From contig CM059452.1 of assembly GCA_030390025.1 (NCBI GenBank), forward strand, positions 6,572,001 through 6,636,000: DNA of 64,000 nucleotides, given 5' to 3'. Position 1 is the stretch's first letter; each line of letters begins with the position of its first letter. Below, in pieces: positions 12,291 to 26,625 of this stretch. The translations under genes and the position numbers were made by a program. The notes under the pieces are model-generated. The model was given only the letters and a program-made list of their open reading frames with translations, was not told the DNA's origin and ran no database searches. The DNA comes from Squalus acanthias (lineage: Eukaryota).

Positions 12291-12600
12291 GTCACCGCTT
12301 CTCGTTTTGTCTTAATTCTTGAAGACAGCGTCTGAATGACAGAATCACCATGTTTCAGATCTGAAAAAACATGTTCAAACAGGAAAAGGACAGACCAGCG
12401 AGTGTTTAAAATTCAGATTTATACCATGTTGGAAATTAGAGACAAGATGAAATGTGTGGTGATCCACCATCATCATCACCATTTCACCAACAATAACACC
12501 TGGGTTACAGCAGTCAGGGGGAGAATGGATGTCTACTGGGGAGCAAATACTTACTGAGAAGTGATATAATGATGAGGAGCGGTGCGAAACGGTTCCACAT
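12291..12600 (-). pseudogene. Truncated TCR V (leader 12555-12600 plus first about 70 nt of V exon)
   Basis: MWNRFAPLLIIISLL/gtaagt, intron like that of the 8432 gene, V exon start ..GDSVIQTLSSRIKTKREAVT then breaks off. Confidence 0.8.
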
Positions 12601-14550
12601 GATGCTCCCTGAGTCTGTAACTCTGCAGTCCGGGAAATCCTCTGTGGGAGCAGAAATACAGATCCCCGCCCCACTGCACTGCTGATCCAACCAATGCCAA
12701 ACAGGGAACAGCGGCAGCAATCCCTCCAATAACACAGAGCAGACAAGGCGGGTCAGAGCGAGAGCAGCAAACGGAAGCTGATGAAGAGGGAGTGAGAAGA
12801 ATGAAATAGTCGCCTGGTGCTGACTTTCTCTCGCAACGACCACATTCTCTGAAGTGGAATGATGAAGGGGATGGGCACAGGAGCTATTTTAAGTAGCAGC
12901 GTGTCCCAGTGCCCGACTGCAATGACCCCAAGAGGAGTATCAGCATTAAAACCGAACCCGCAATATTACTTTAAACTGAGCTGTGGAAGTAGAAGCTGGG
13001 GACACGGGGTCAATGTATAAAAGCTCATTTTAGGGCTGGCACCAGGAAATTCTTCACACACACAGAGTGATTAATGTGTGGAATATACTTCTGGATAGAG
13101 TGGCCGAGGGAAATACCCTGGAATCGTTTAAGGAAAAGTTTGAGGCTGCAGTGAGGGGCGGGAGTTAGGATCTCTCTGGATGGATGAGACAAGACAAGCC
13201 GAATGGCCTGCCTCATTCTCAGTGATCTGGTGAACTGCAACACGACGGGATTTGTACCTTGTAGTTACAGGTAGTCGCCACCAGAGGGCAGTGGGCGGAT
13301 GTGTTCACTGTTGGTTTCAGTGTGAGGGCGAGTTACAGACGGACAACACCGTTCAGTTCCTTTATTTAATAAAGGGATTCAGAAATAAAGGCATTAATTT
13401 CAAATGGAAGCATTGTTTTATTTTAATGTTATTGTGATTTATTAAAGTATTATTAATGACATGTTGTAAATATTTTAATGACCAGCTCACCGTGGTATCA
13501 CTGAGCCTATCCGCTGCTCGCATCCTCCCATTCTGCTCAAACATGTCAGTCATTCCCCATTTCATTCATATAACAGGTGGCGTTTGTACAATTTACCGTA
13601 TCGTTGTGTTTATGTCCCACACGACCCGCTGGCCGTCTATATTCCCCTTTATATCGGCAGTGGGTAGATCTAATGGTTAGTGAGCAGCTCTTTTAATCGG
13701 AGCCTCCGGCACTGATACCAGAACAACATTAACTATTTCCCTTTACTGCCCCCACCGCACAGATTGCACCTGTTTAGTGAATTTAGATCCCATTGCATCT
13801 GAAAACAGAATGTGGACGAGTTGTTGCCCAAACAATGCGACATTTATGTCTTTATCCGTTCAGGGACCTGCACTCATCAGTTAAAGACAGCAGCAAGTAG
13901 ATCGCACCGAGGGAACGGGGTTGTGCTGATTGTGTCCAGGAAGAGAAGCGAGAAAGGACAAATATACAACCCGTGACTCAGGGATGAGCGGGTGCAGCTT
14001 GTCACATGATATTCAGAAATTGTCTGATTGGTTGGGAAACATTTTGGCACATTGTTGAGAGACGGAATGAATCCAATTTTAGAATAGTTTGCTCCAAGTC
14101 TGTTTCTCATTCATCTCAAACAATTCACAACTGAATATACATCATTAACATCCACAAGATATCAATCATTGTGTGCCCGTCTGTGTTTATTCTGGTATGT
14201 GTGTCTGTGTGTGTTTGAGTGTGTGTGTGTGTGTGTCTGTCTGTCTATGTGCAGGTGTCTGTGGTCATGTGCTTGTTTCCAATGCTCTGTGTGAGGCTTG
14301 TACCTGACACAGGAGTGCGCTACCTGGTCACTTGTTAAAGAGCTTGCATCTCAAGCAAAGTACAACTGAATATACGTCATTAACCTCCAAAGATATCAAA
14401 CATTCTGTGTATTTTTGTTAATGTTGGTGTGTGTGTAATGTAATTCCTATTCTTAAGATTGCAACTGTTAATGGGACACAATGACTTCAGGAATTTCTTC
14501 ACATTTCACCTTAGTTAGAGAGCGACAGAGATAGAATGAAAGGAAAAGAC

Positions 14551-14585
<35 letters not shown>

Positions 14586-14877
14586 AACCGTGACTCAGAT
14601 AGAGACACCGAGTTAAATAGACATATATATAGAGAGAGATAATGACACACACAGACAGGCAAGGAAAGAGTTTGAAGAGATCCTGCAGTAATTGGACACA
14701 AATAACACTCATTGGTGCAAAGCTGAAGACAGTTCTGAGAGACCAGCCAATCATGTCCTGGGAAACGCCCCTCAGTTTCTCAATAAGTTAAGCCTGCCCC
14801 TGATCTGGGTTTAATCTTTAATATCGCACATGTTTAGAACATTCTGTTATTTTCTGTCGAACTCTAAACCAGACATC

Positions 14878-15317
14878 ATGTGCTCCCCGTGTTCTTTACT
14901 AATAATAATGGTCGTGCTGCCCAGTGAGTCTATGTTTAAATGGCCAGTGTGTGTTCCATGGGTTGTATTCACTGCCAGGCTTTTCACACATTCTGTATTT
15001 TGTTACAGGTACGAGTGGAAAAGACGCAGTATTTCAGGATCCGCCAGAATTAACCGCTCAGGAAGGACAGACCATAATACTGAACTGTCGTTACTCGGCA
15101 GAGTACACTGGCTCAACCCTCTTCTGGTACATCCAGTATCCCGGGGAAGCTCCGAGATATTTACTGAAGCGATATAGCTCGGTGTCCGGAGAAAAGGCTC
15201 CAGATACCCCAGAACGGTTCTCTGCTGATTTGGACCAAGACAACAAAACGGTTCCTTTAAATGTCTCCGGAGCGCTCATCTCTGACTCTGCCGTGTATTT
15301 ATGTGCGCTGAGCGCCC
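14878..15317 (+). CDS. TRAV: TCR V segment, intact (leader 14878-14923, V exon 15009-15317)
   Basis: MCSPCSLLIIMVVLP/STSGKDAVFQDP..LNC..WYIQYPG..DSAVYLCALS; cacactg 15318-15324 + 23 bp + acaaaaact. Confidence 0.92.
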
Positions 15318-15712
15318 CACACTGTTACAGGGGCGCAGTCAGTCCGTACAAAAACTAGCAAAGGACTCTCACCTCCTCTCAATGAATCAGATCTGTGACC
15401 TGGATTATGATCAGATAATAGAACGGAAACCAAATTATAAAGACGAGTTTGGCTGAATGGCCTGTTTCTGTGCTGTACACAGTGTAATTCTATGTAATAT
15501 CCCCATTTATATCGGCTGTGGGTAGTTCACATGGTCCGTGAGCAGGTGTTTTAACGGGACCCTCCGGCACTTATACTAAACAACATAACCATTTCCCTTC
15601 ACTGCTCCCAACGCACATACTGCCCCTGTTAAAGGGCGAACATTGGGTTTAATCCCCGTCCAGTTCTCTGTTGTGAGGAGAACAATTTCACTCCGTTCCC
15701 CGCTCCCCGCTC

Positions 15713-15870
15713 TGACGTCATGAGTTGGAGAACAAAGGAGCTGTGAGATGATTGGATGATTGGGAGAACAAAGGAACTGTGAGCTGATTGGATGAATTGG
15801 AGAACAAAGGACCCCTGAGTTGATTGGATGTCACCTGTTGACTCTGTCAGGAATGAACCAATCGGCAGAG
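15713..15870 (+). promoter_or_regulatory. Putative V promoter: CRE, 3x (aacaaag + inverted CCAAT), E-box
   Basis: tgacgtca 15713-15720; three ggagaacaaagg..tgattgg units; cacctg; conserved in paralogs at about 60640-60790 (-) and 62808-62960 (+). Confidence 0.6.
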
Positions 15871-15964
15871 AGACGGATATTACTCAATATCTTCCCAACT
15901 CTTGACTAAAACAATTACATGTTCAACCCGTTCTGTTCAAATCCGCCATCAACTCTCTGCAAAC

Positions 15965-16488
15965 ATGTTGGGTGGGACTTTTTACTCAGTCCTCACAGCT
16001 GCAGCTCTATTAAATGGTAAGTTCACAAGTTACACAAACTTCCTCTTGCAGGTGTCACTAACATAGAGAATCTTTTAACTGTGTTTCTCTATACTTGCCA
16101 TGCATTCCGTCACCTTTATTATATTAGTTATAATTAAATGACAGTGAGAGCTTACAGTTCTGTATTTCTAAATTTCTGCAGGTGTCAGTGGTGCGGACTC
16201 GGTCTCACAGGGGCCGGTTACAGCGATGCAGTTTGAAGGAGACTCGGTGACCATCAATTGCAATTATTCGACCACTGCTACTTTCTATTTCTTACAACTG
16301 TACCGTCAGGACCGGGACAAAGGCCCCACATTCTTGATCTACATCCCTTCTGGTGGGGATGTTTCCAAAGCAGAGGGGGCGGGGGCTCGATTTTCAGCAT
16401 CTCTCGACACTTCGAAAAGTGAAGGGAAATTCACCATCGGCGGCCTGCGGCTGTCTGACAGCGCGGTGTATCACTGCGGGCTGAGAGA
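15965..16488 (+). CDS. TRAV: TCR V segment, intact (leader 15965-16016, V exon 16182-16488)
   Basis: MLGGTFYSVLTAAALLN/GVSGADSVSQGP..INCNYS..LYRQDRDKGP..DSAVYHCGLR; Leu at the conserved Trp position, also in paralog 60009; cacagtg 16489-16495 + 23 bp + acaaaaaca. Confidence 0.85.
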
Positions 16489-18018
16489 CACAGTGACAGG
16501 AACCAGAGGGAGCCTCGTACAAAAACACTGCTGGAACATAACAAGGTCAGCGGGATAGCGGGCAGTGTGGAGAGAAACGGGGACTTTCTAAACTTGTGAC
16601 CAGAAGGTGCTGATTTAAAATATACCCAAATAAACAGCAAGCAGGGAGCAACTGATAAGCATTGGGGAAACTTTCCTCTGGTGCTTCTGGGTTGAATACA
16701 TCCTGAGCATAATGAAAAGATGTGTTTAGAGAATTTATACCAGTTCATAAATTAAAGATATTGCGGCAGAAACACTGCCCAAACAATTTGACATTGTGTT
16801 CCAGCCGTTCAAGGAGCTGTACACACCAGGCAAACCCAGCGGCAGGTCTATAACACCGAGGGAACGCGCTGAATGTCTGCAGGAAATATGATCAAAAATT
16901 TGTATTTACATAAAGTCTTATTCATTGTGTTCAGATTCCCCTAAGTGCTTCTGATGTGCGGTCAAGTAATAACTGAGTTACATATTTAGACTGATTTGTT
17001 TCTGAATAAACCACCTATCATCGTTATTTTGATTAATCTAAATTTTGAAACTTGTTTTATTCGTGTTACTAGCATCACCTTATCTATCAAGCGCAGTTTA
17101 TTTCTTGGTTAAGCTCTAATTGCCAGAACACGGCGAAATTCACCTTTCTTCGTGTCATCTGGCATTTTCTTAAGAATCTGTCCCGCAGCACCGCGTGCAA
17201 TGTTTGGGCCAGCCACCAGGGGGCGGCGGGACTCCACCCTTCCGCTCAGTGAAGTCGCCGCCTTAGCTTCAGATGGAGTTTGTCAACTGAATATGAGGAA
17301 GCAGTTGGCTGCCGGAAATTATTGCAATGGAAAGGGGTTCGATCGAAACCAACTCCTGATGTGACGATCTGAAACACAGAGGAACCGTCAATTCACCAAA
17401 TTGGTACAATATTTATTTAAAAACCAAGGTGGTGACACCGAGAATTCTATATACCTTTAATGAACGACCACTGACGGTGAAGGAAGGGGAGCGGATACAA
17501 TGATCAGTGTGAGGTGATGTCGGTCACGTGTTGAATTGGTTCAGGATCATTTTTTAATTCATGTTTTTAATTCATGTGGACTTCGCTGGCAAGACTGGCA
17601 TGTACTTTCCAGTTCTACTTGCACTGATACAACTGGCGGTCTTGCTGGGCCACTTCATAAGGCAGCTAAGAGTCAACCACATTGGTGTGGGACTGGACTG
17701 GACTCACCATTTCAGGACAACGGGGGACCGGCAATAAAGGCGGCCTCGCCAGCGACACCTGCAGCCCGAGAATGAATTAACACGCCACTTCTATTTATCC
17801 AATCAAACATTGGTCTCTCTCTCTCATATATCCAATCATCGCAAGGACCGTTCACGGACGGTTCCGATTGGTTTAAACTGGAGCACGTGATTTGTCATTG
17901 AAGAATATTGCCGCGAGCTGCTCAGTGCAAAAACTGGATCAGCTTCCCAGCAAAGGAGAGAGTATTGGAAATCAGCTCGACCCGGAGAGGCCCACAGTGG
18001 CGGGGATTGTCGGAGACC

Positions 18019-18483
18019 ATGCATTTCAAATTCACCCTTTTGACTACACTCACCTGCTCAGCATTTAGTAAATCTTTAAAGGATGATATAGTACAAAGCT
18101 ACGTTTAACAAAGTTTGATTGTAAACCCACAATTATCATCCAATCAATACTTTCAGTCTTTCCACCAGATCTGAGTCAGGGAGATTGTGTCTCAGGATTG
18201 GTCGGCTGCAGTCCTGAAAATGGGACAGACTTTCAGGGCGCAATGTAGCTATTCGGCAACAGCAGGCTGGTACGACCTGTACTGATACCGAAAGTATCCC
18301 GATACACCCCCGGAGATGATCGTGTGGAGAAGTTCCGGCAACAGTTGGGGAAAAGCAAAAAATATTGGGAATCGCTTCAATTCTGAATTAAAGACATGTT
18401 CAGAAGTGTCTATTTTAACCGTCACTGATCTCCAGCTGAGAAACACGGCGCTGTACATCTGTGGATTTGCCCCATCGCTCCGA
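18019..18483 (+). pseudogene. TCR V pseudogene (leader 18019-18067, V exon 18169-18483)
   Basis: Leader MHFKFTLLTTLTCSAF; frameshift near start of V; conserved Trp mutated to TGA (LY*YRKYP); ..NTALYICG; cacagag 18484-18490 and acaaaagct. Confidence 0.82.
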
Positions 18484-18599
18484 CACAGAGATATGACCTA
18501 GTTCTCCTCTCGTACAAAAGCTGCCTGCGGTCTGTTTTGGCGGAGGATGAGTTTCAGTGCGGTCAGAGAGAGCTGCAGCACCGAGTGCAATTCCTGTGG

Positions 18600-19060
18600 G
18601 CTGAATCATTGAATTATACAGCACAGAAGGAGGTCATGGTGTCTGTGCCGGCTCGTTGAAAGAACTGTCCGATTAGTCCAGTTCCCCGATTTTTTACCCA
18701 TAGCCCTGCACATTTTTGCTTTTCAAGTATATATCCAATTCTCTTTTGAAAGTTATTATTGATTCTGCTTCCACCACCCTCCCAGACAGTGCGTTACAGA
18801 TCATAACGACTGAGTGCCTGAACAAATTTCTCCTCCTCTCCCGTCTGTTGTTTTTGCAAATTATCTTAAATCTGTGTCCTCCAGTTACCGACCCTTGCGT
18901 CAGTGGAAACAATTTCTTCCTATCTACTCTATCAAAACTCCTTATAATTTTGAACACTTCTATTAAATGTCCTCTCAACTTTCTCTGCTCTATTGAGAAC
19001 AAAACCTGCTTCTCTAGTCTCTCCACGTGACTGAAGTCTTTCCTCCCTGCATGGCAAGAG
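18600..19060 (-). mobile_element. CR1 LINE 3' fragment
   Basis: ORF 18694-19026 LRGHLIEVFKII..GHRFKI..FKRELDIYL. Confidence 0.85.
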
Positions 19061-19099
19061 AGCCCCAGGTGAGCAGAGGAAACACTTCAAGGACACCCT

Positions 19100-19655
19100 G
19101 CATCCTGCAGTTTTGGTCTCCTTACCGAAGGAAGGATATACTTGCCATAGAGAGAGTCCAACGATGGTTCACCAGACTGATTTATGGGATGGGAGGATTG
19201 TCCTATGAGGAGAGATTGAGTAGACCAGGCCTATATTCTCTAGATTTTAGAAGAATGAGAGGTGACCTCATTGAAACATACAAAATTCTTACAGGGCTCG
19301 ACAGGGTAGATGAAGGGAGGATGCTTCTCTTGGCTGGGATGTCTAGAACCAGGGGTCACAGTCTCAGAATAAGGGGTCGGCCATTTAGGACTGAGATGTG
19401 GGGGACATTTCTTCACCCAGAGGGTTGTGAATCTTTGGAATTCTCTACCCCAGAGGGCTGTGGAGGCTCAGTCGTTGAATATATTTAAGATAGATGTCAA
19501 TAGATTTTTGGATGTTAAAGGAATCAAGGTATATGGGGATAGTGCAGGAAAGTGGAGTTGTGGTGGAGGATCAGTAATGGTTTTATTGAATGGCGGAGCT
19601 GGCTCTTGGAGCCGAATGGCCTACTCCTGCTCCTATTTATTATGTTCTTATGTTA
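19100..19655 (+). mobile_element. CR1 LINE 3' fragment
   Basis: QFWSPYRRKDILAIERVQR..RMRGDLIETYKIL; tail gccgaatggcctactcctgctcct. Confidence 0.9.
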
Positions 19656-19669
19656 CCTGAGATAAGGCC

Positions 19670-19940
19670 TTTTATAATATAAACAAAGTCATGGGCTGTA
19701 ACAAATAAGGCAGGGCCTAGTGCAATAATTACTGAAACAGCAACTGGTGTAATATAAACTGAGGCAGGGTCTAGTACAGTAATAACGGAGACAGGGTCTG
19801 GTGTAATATAAACTGAAACAGGGCCTAGTGTAATATAAAGAGAGACAGGGGCTAGTGCAGTAATAACTGAGACAGGGACTAGAGTAATATAAACTGAGAC
19901 ATGGTCTAGTGTAATATAAACTGAGACAGGGCCTCGTGTA
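19670..19940 (+). repeat. 27-bp minisatellite, short array
   Basis: gtgtaatataaactgagacagggcctagt units. Confidence 0.85.
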
Positions 19941-20934
19941 ATGAGAGAAATAATAGTCAGATAATTACAAATTTATGAACCCCATGTCAGGTACAGTTTC
20001 ATTTTTACCATCACTTACACCAATCATCACACACTCGAGGTGTATATCAGGAAATTCTGTGTGATGCTGAGGTGATCACTGGACAATAATGCGCAGAGAC
20101 TGGTGGGTAGCTGCTCATTATCCTCGGTGTGATTTAATCCCCTTTCCAACTGAATACTGCGGACAGTCATGCTTGACTTGGTAACGGAATGGTCAGTGAC
20201 ATCGCTTTCTAAACAAGAGCACTCAAGAGAATCGGTTATTAATCAATGTAAAATATATTAAGCAATTTGCAATTACATTCTGAATACAAGAAAATGTTCA
20301 AAAATAATTGTGAAGATAATCATTTATCATTGCAGAATGCACTTGCAAACATCAAAAATGATGTATTTCGTACACTCACATTGACACTCACACATATATC
20401 AAACACTCTGTATGTGATCTTTTCAGTTGTTCCTCTCAACCAGATGGTAAATGATCCGGTGGACATTAGGACCCTGCAGCCGCCCATCGGCGGTGCTGTG
20501 AGGTCACGATTCCAGGTGCTGTCACACAATCAGTGGGTGACGTGAAAGCTAAATAGAAAATACTGCAGGAAAGAAATCCTTAACATTAAAAAGATTGTGA
20601 GCAATTGGCACATTCCAACACAAGTGTGAATTAGTAAACTTTAACACAACGGAGTTTGCTACTAAATAGGGCAAAGGGCAGGGCACTATTGCTCACCTTT
20701 AGTTCTGCCCCTCAATCGCAGTTCATCTCTGGCAGATTGTTACAAGATTCACCCCATCCTTTCAACACAAATATTACCGACAAAATACCAGTTCAATTAG
20801 AAATTGCACACTGCTCCTGATACTGATCAACAACAGTAAAGGTATGCTTGAAACCATAAATGTTTGCATCCTCCCGCCCACTCACACATATATCTTTATT
20901 TACATTAATACCTATCTATCCATCCAGCAGAGAT

Positions 20935-22770
20935 CTGGTCTAGAACAATGATAGCTGAGAAAGGGCCTAGTGTAATATAAACAGAGACAGGGTCTAGTGT
21001 AATATAAAGAGAGGCAGGGTCTAGTGTAATATAAACAGAGACAGGGTCTAGTGTAATATAAACAGAGACAGGGTCTAGTGTAATATAAACAGAGACAGGG
21101 CCTAGTGTAATATAAACAAAGACAGGGTCTACTGTAATATAAACAGAGACAGGGCCTAGAGTAATATAAACAGAGACAGGGCCTAGTTTAATATAAACAG
21201 AGACATGGTCTAGTGTAATATAAAGAGAGGCAGGGCCTAGTGTAATATAAACAGAGACAAGGTCTCGTGTAATATAAACAGAGACAGGATCTAGTGTAAT
21301 ATAAACAGAGGCAGGGTCGAGTGTAATATAAACAGAGACAGGGTCTAGTGCAGAAATAACTGAGACAAGGTCTAGTGTAATATAAACAGAGACAGGGCCT
21401 AGATTAATATAAACAGAGACAGGGTCTAGATTAATATAAACAGAGACAGGGTCTAGTGTAATATAAACAAAGACAGGATCTAGTGTAATATAAACAGAGA
21501 CAAGGTCTAGTGTAATATAAACAGAGACAGGGTCTAGTGTAATATAAACAGAGGCAGGGTCGAGTGTAATATAAACAGAGACAGGGTCTAGTGCAGAAAT
21601 AACTGAGACAAGGTCTCATGTAATATAAACAGAGACAGGGCCTAGATTAATATAAACAGAGACAGGGTCTAGTGTAATATAAACAAAGACAGGATCTAGT
21701 GTAATATAGACAGAGACAGGGTCTAGTGTAATATAAACTGAGACAGGGTCTAGTGTAATATAAACGGAGACAGGGTCTAGTACAGTAATAACTGAGACAA
21801 AGTCTAATGTAATATAAACAGAGTCAGGGCCTAGAGTAATATAAACAGAGACAGGGACTAGTTTATTATAAACAGAGACAGGGTCTAGTGTAATATAAAG
21901 AGAGGCAGGGCCTAGTGTAATATAAACAGAGACAGGGTCTGGTGCAATAATAACTGAGACAAGGTCTAGTGTAATATAAACAGAGACAGGGCCTAGATTA
22001 ATATAAACAGAGACAGGGTCTAGTGTAATATAAACAAAGACAGGATCTAGTGTAATATAAACTGAGAGAGGGTCTAGTGTAATATAAATAGGGACTGGGT
22101 CTAGTGTAATATAAACAGAGAATGGGTCTAGTGTAATATAAACAGAGACAGGATCTAGTGTAATATAAACAGAGGCAGGGCCTAGTGTAATATAAACAGA
22201 GACATGGTCTCGTGTAATATAAACAGAGACAGATCTAGTGTAATATAAACAGAGGCAGGGCCTAGTGTAATATAAACAGAGACAGGGCCTAGTTTAATAT
22301 AAACAGTGACACGGTCTAGTGTAATATTAACAGAGACAGGGCCTAGTGTAATATAAACAGAGACAGGGTCTAGTGTTATATAAACAGAGACAGGGTCCAG
22401 TGCAGTAATAACTGAGACAGGGTCTAGTGTAATATAAAGAGTGACAGGGCCTAGTTTAATATAAACAGTGACACGGTCTAGTGTAATATAACCAGAGACA
22501 TGGCCTAGTTTAATATAAACAGTGACACGGTCTAGTGTAATATAAACAGAGACAGGGTGTAGTGTAATATAAACAGAGACAGGGTCTAGTGCAGTAATAA
22601 CTGAGACAGGGCCTCGTGTAATATAAACAGTGACAGCATCTTTTTCAGTAATAACTGAGACAGGATCTGTTGCAATATAAAGAGTGACAGGTTCTAGTGC
22701 AGTAATAACTGCGACAGGGTATAGTGTAATCTAAATAGTGACAGGTTCTAGTGCAGCAATAACTTGAGGC
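20935..22770 (+). repeat. 27-bp minisatellite, about 1.8 kb
   Basis: gtgtaatataaacagagacagggtcta repeated dozens of times. Confidence 0.97.
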
Positions 22771-23559
22771 AGAGCCTGTTTAGTGGAAGAAAAACAATCG
22801 AGCTTTTGCTGCCAACTAGTGGCAAAACTTTGCCATTACTCCTATTGGGAAAATAGCAGGTCAGGCAGCATCTGTGAAGAGAGAAATATTTTCTGTTTTT
22901 CTTTCAGATTTCCAGCATCTGCAGTATTTTCTTTTTGTATTAGGGGAAAATTAAGATGTCAGTTACTGTTTCTGATATTAATGTATCAAGAAACACCTTT
23001 CATTCAAGGACCACCTCATCACATTCTACGGGAGTTCCCGAAGGATTTAAAGTGCAACTAATTGCACGTGAACGTGGCCGATTCGCGCACAGAAAGATCA
23101 GCAAAAGAGCAAAGTGGCTCGATTCCTGTTATTGTGTTTCTGTTGAACTTGGTTGAAGTGAGGAATTTTGATCCGGATACAGTCTGGGGCCCTGGGAGCT
23201 TTAATGCCCACCTCAACAGACAAGGTGCGGCGAGCGGGGAGACACTATTCCTTCAGGAAAGGTAGTTCCTTTTCAGTGCTGCACCCATTGGACGCCTAGT
23301 TAATGTGCTTAGGTTCTGAAGTTGATGTGAAGTCTACAATCTGCTGATGCTGAAACCAGAATAAAGTCACTTTAGCCAAGCTGTTACTACAATGCTTAAT
23401 GGGTTTAGGTGACATTTGCGCAAAGAAAGTTCAGCAAAACTATTTTAAAATAATACCGGTTAATATTGTTGATATTCAGCGTCCATATACTAATATCACA
23501 AATAGTAACTTCAACAATACAATTACAAAACTTTTGATTCGTGCAATTTAAATTCACTG

Positions 23560-24080
23560 AATCATGGGATCTTACAGCACAGAAGGAGGCCATTCGGCCC
23601 ATCGTGCCTGTGCCTGTTCCAGCTCTTTGAGTGAGCTATCCAATTACTTCCATTCTCCTGTTCTGTCTCCAAAGCCTTGCAAATGTTTCCTTTCAAGTAT
23701 TTATCCAATTCCCTTTTGAAAGATACTGTTGAATCTGCTTCCGCCACCCTTTCAGGCAGTGCAATCCAGATCATAACAACTCGCTGCAAAAAGAATCTCC
23801 TCATATCCCCGCTGTTTTTTTGGCAATTATCTTAATTCTGTATCCTCTGGTTACCGACACTCCTGCCAGTGGAAACATGTCTCACTGTCAATTCTATCAA
23901 ACCCTTCATGATTTTGAACACTTCTATTAAATTCCATTTAAACTTCTCTGCTCTCTTCTCCCAGCTTCTCCAGCCTCCAGTTTCTCCACATAACTGAAGT
24001 CCCTCATCCCTGGTACAATTCTAGTAAATCTCCTCTGCACCCTATCCAAGACCATGACATCCTTCCTAATGTGTGGATTG
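23560..24080 (-). mobile_element. CR1 LINE 3' fragment
   Basis: MRRFFLQRVVMIWIALPERVAEADSTVSFKRELDKYL. Confidence 0.85.
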
Positions 24081-26189
24081 AAATAAATGCAATATTTATT
24101 TCTCCTTCAGATTATGTCTAAGGGTACATGCTCTCTTAAAATTGGACTGAGCAGTAATCTGAGTATTATCAATATTGATAGCAATGATATTCCTTGTTCC
24201 GACAGTGACTTGTGGGCACAGCAACATCGGCCTCTGCAGGATTCATGTTTCAATAAGATCACTGTCGCCACCTGCTGATGAACAACATCTACTACAGGCC
24301 CCTGAGTTTATTAAACATGATTCATAATTCCGCATTTACCGAGTTACGTTCACCTAGAGGAGTTTCTCAGGCGAACCAGAAGAGGGGCAATGGATCAGGA
24401 GGAATTAAAGGCGGAATGGCTAAAATTACTGTTATAAATTCAACTTCACCTCTTCTTTGGCCAAAACCTATCGAGCGGTCAGTTCAAGGGTTCCACAGGT
24501 GACAGCCGGATATTCCAGGAAACACTTCAGTGTTTTAACACCGCACACGCTGGTGTATTTAGGGCAAGAGCCGACACATAAACTGCAGGTGTTAGGTGGC
24601 GGGAGTCTGTGACATGGTCCAATCTCACGGTGTAGTCCGAAGGAGAAGGATAACAATTCTTCCATCCACAATGTTTCCTCAATGTGTCATAAACAGACAG
24701 ATAGACAGAGAGTTGTGTCGATCATTGTGTAACCAGAGCATATTGTAATTATTGACTACAAATTGATATAATCCAGAAAGTAGCTGGAAACCCAAATCCC
24801 TTCACTCCTCCACCAGAGTGGGAGTCAAATATACTTTCTGGCAGAGAATTCCACATTCTCACCTCGCTCTGTGTAAATCATGTTTTCTAACCATAAAATG
24901 TATCTTTTGCCGCGTCATATTTACATAGAATATACAGCACAGAAACAGGCCATTCGGGCCAAGCAGTCGATGCAAAAAAGACAATCTCGATTTTGTTTAT
25001 TTCTGTATCCAATATTAATAAAGCAGTAGGAAAATAGGAACACAGGAGAAGGCCCTTCAGCCCCCCGAGACTCTTCCGCCATTCAGTTAGATCATGGCTG
25101 ATCTGTATCATAACTCCATCCACCCGCCTTGGTTCCTAACCCTTAATAGCCTTTCCTACAAACATCGACCAATCAATCTCTGGCAACAATCAGAAATGAA
25201 TGCCACTGCCTGTTAACACTTTCCAATTCTTATTAATTCCCGAGATGTGGGCACCGCTGACAAGGCCGGAATTGACTGCCCATCCGCGAGTTGCCCCTTG
25301 AGGAGGTGGTGGGGGGCCTTCTTCTTCAACCACTGCAGTTCTGCTCTTTCCAGCAGTTTCATGCAACTGAGGGGCTCGCGAGGCCACTTCAAAGGACAGT
25401 TAAGAGTCAACCAGGTTGGTGTATGACGACAGTCGTATATCGGTCAGACCAGATGAGGACGGCAGGGTTCTTTCCTCAAAGGGTCATTAGTGAACCAGTT
25501 GGGGTTTCACCACAATCCTATAGTTTCATGATCAGTCTCACTAACACCAGATTATTTATTTCCAGCTTTTAAAAATCTGAATTGAAATGCCATGATGAGA
25601 TTTTAATTGATGAATTATTAGCCCAGGCCTCGGGATTGCTAATCCAGTAACATTACCACTACACTACTGCATCCTTTTATGTTCTCTGCCTCGGCCATTC
25701 TATGTGGCAAAGTATTCCAATGCTCCAACAACCCCCTATACCGATATCTCCTGACCTCTCTCTCTCTTATTGACTATTGTAATTTGATGAAGTTTTGGTT
25801 GCAGACTCCTCAAGCAGAGGCATCAGTCTTTCCATCTTCCCTCCAGTAAAGCTCTTTTAGCAATTAAGAAAAACTCGATTCGATTCCTTACCCTTTGAAA
25901 AACACGATGAAGGCCGACAGTATTGAGCAATATTATTTGTTTAGTAATATGACGGCCCGGGAAGTACCCATTGGACCGGAAATCTCTCTCCGTCCATCTG
26001 TCGCTATTTCTGTAAGTTGGCACAGACACAGTTTGTTACTCCTGAGTGTGAGGTATTGAGCGGGAATGGGAACTGTGCACAAACCACATTAATAATCCGT
26101 CGATTATGGGAGAGCGCCTCTTATACAAGGGGGAGGGGGTCAATCAGGAACCAATCAACTCGAAGCCATTCGCGGAAAACCACATCACC

Positions 26190-26625
26190 AATCTTCTTCT
26201 TAGGTAGTCCCTCGGATGACTTGCTTCCACACTAAAAATTAGTTCTCAGGGAGGTGACTGATGAGTCCAATGCTGGACCTACAGTCTCTGTCACAGGTGG
26301 GGCAGACGGTGGTTGAAGGGGCGGGTGGGTGGGGTGCTTGGGTTGACGTGCGCTCCTTCTGCTGTTTGCGCTTGGCTTCCGTTTGCTCCCGGCGAAGAGA
26401 CTCGAAGTGTTCGGCGCCTTCCCGGATGCTTCTCCTCCACTTTGTGCGATCTTGGGCCAGGGATTCCCAGGTGTCGGTGGGGATGTTGCACTTTTTCAAG
26501 GAGGCTTTGATGGTGTCCTTGAAGCGTTTCCTCTGCCCACCTGGGGCTATTTTGCCGTGTCGGAGCACCGAGTATAGCGCTGTTTTGGGCGTCTCGTATC
26601 GGGCATGCGGACATCACCAATAACA
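26190..26625 (-). mobile_element. RTE-clade LINE 3' fragment
   Basis: LRHGKIAPGGQRKRFKDTIKASLKKCNI..WESLAQDRTKWR..CPTCDRDC..SH, typical RTE C-terminus. Confidence 0.8.

Noticed and set aside
20935-22770. Regular short repeats resembling a CRISPR array
   Set aside because: Head-to-tail minisatellite without unique spacers, in vertebrate DNA.
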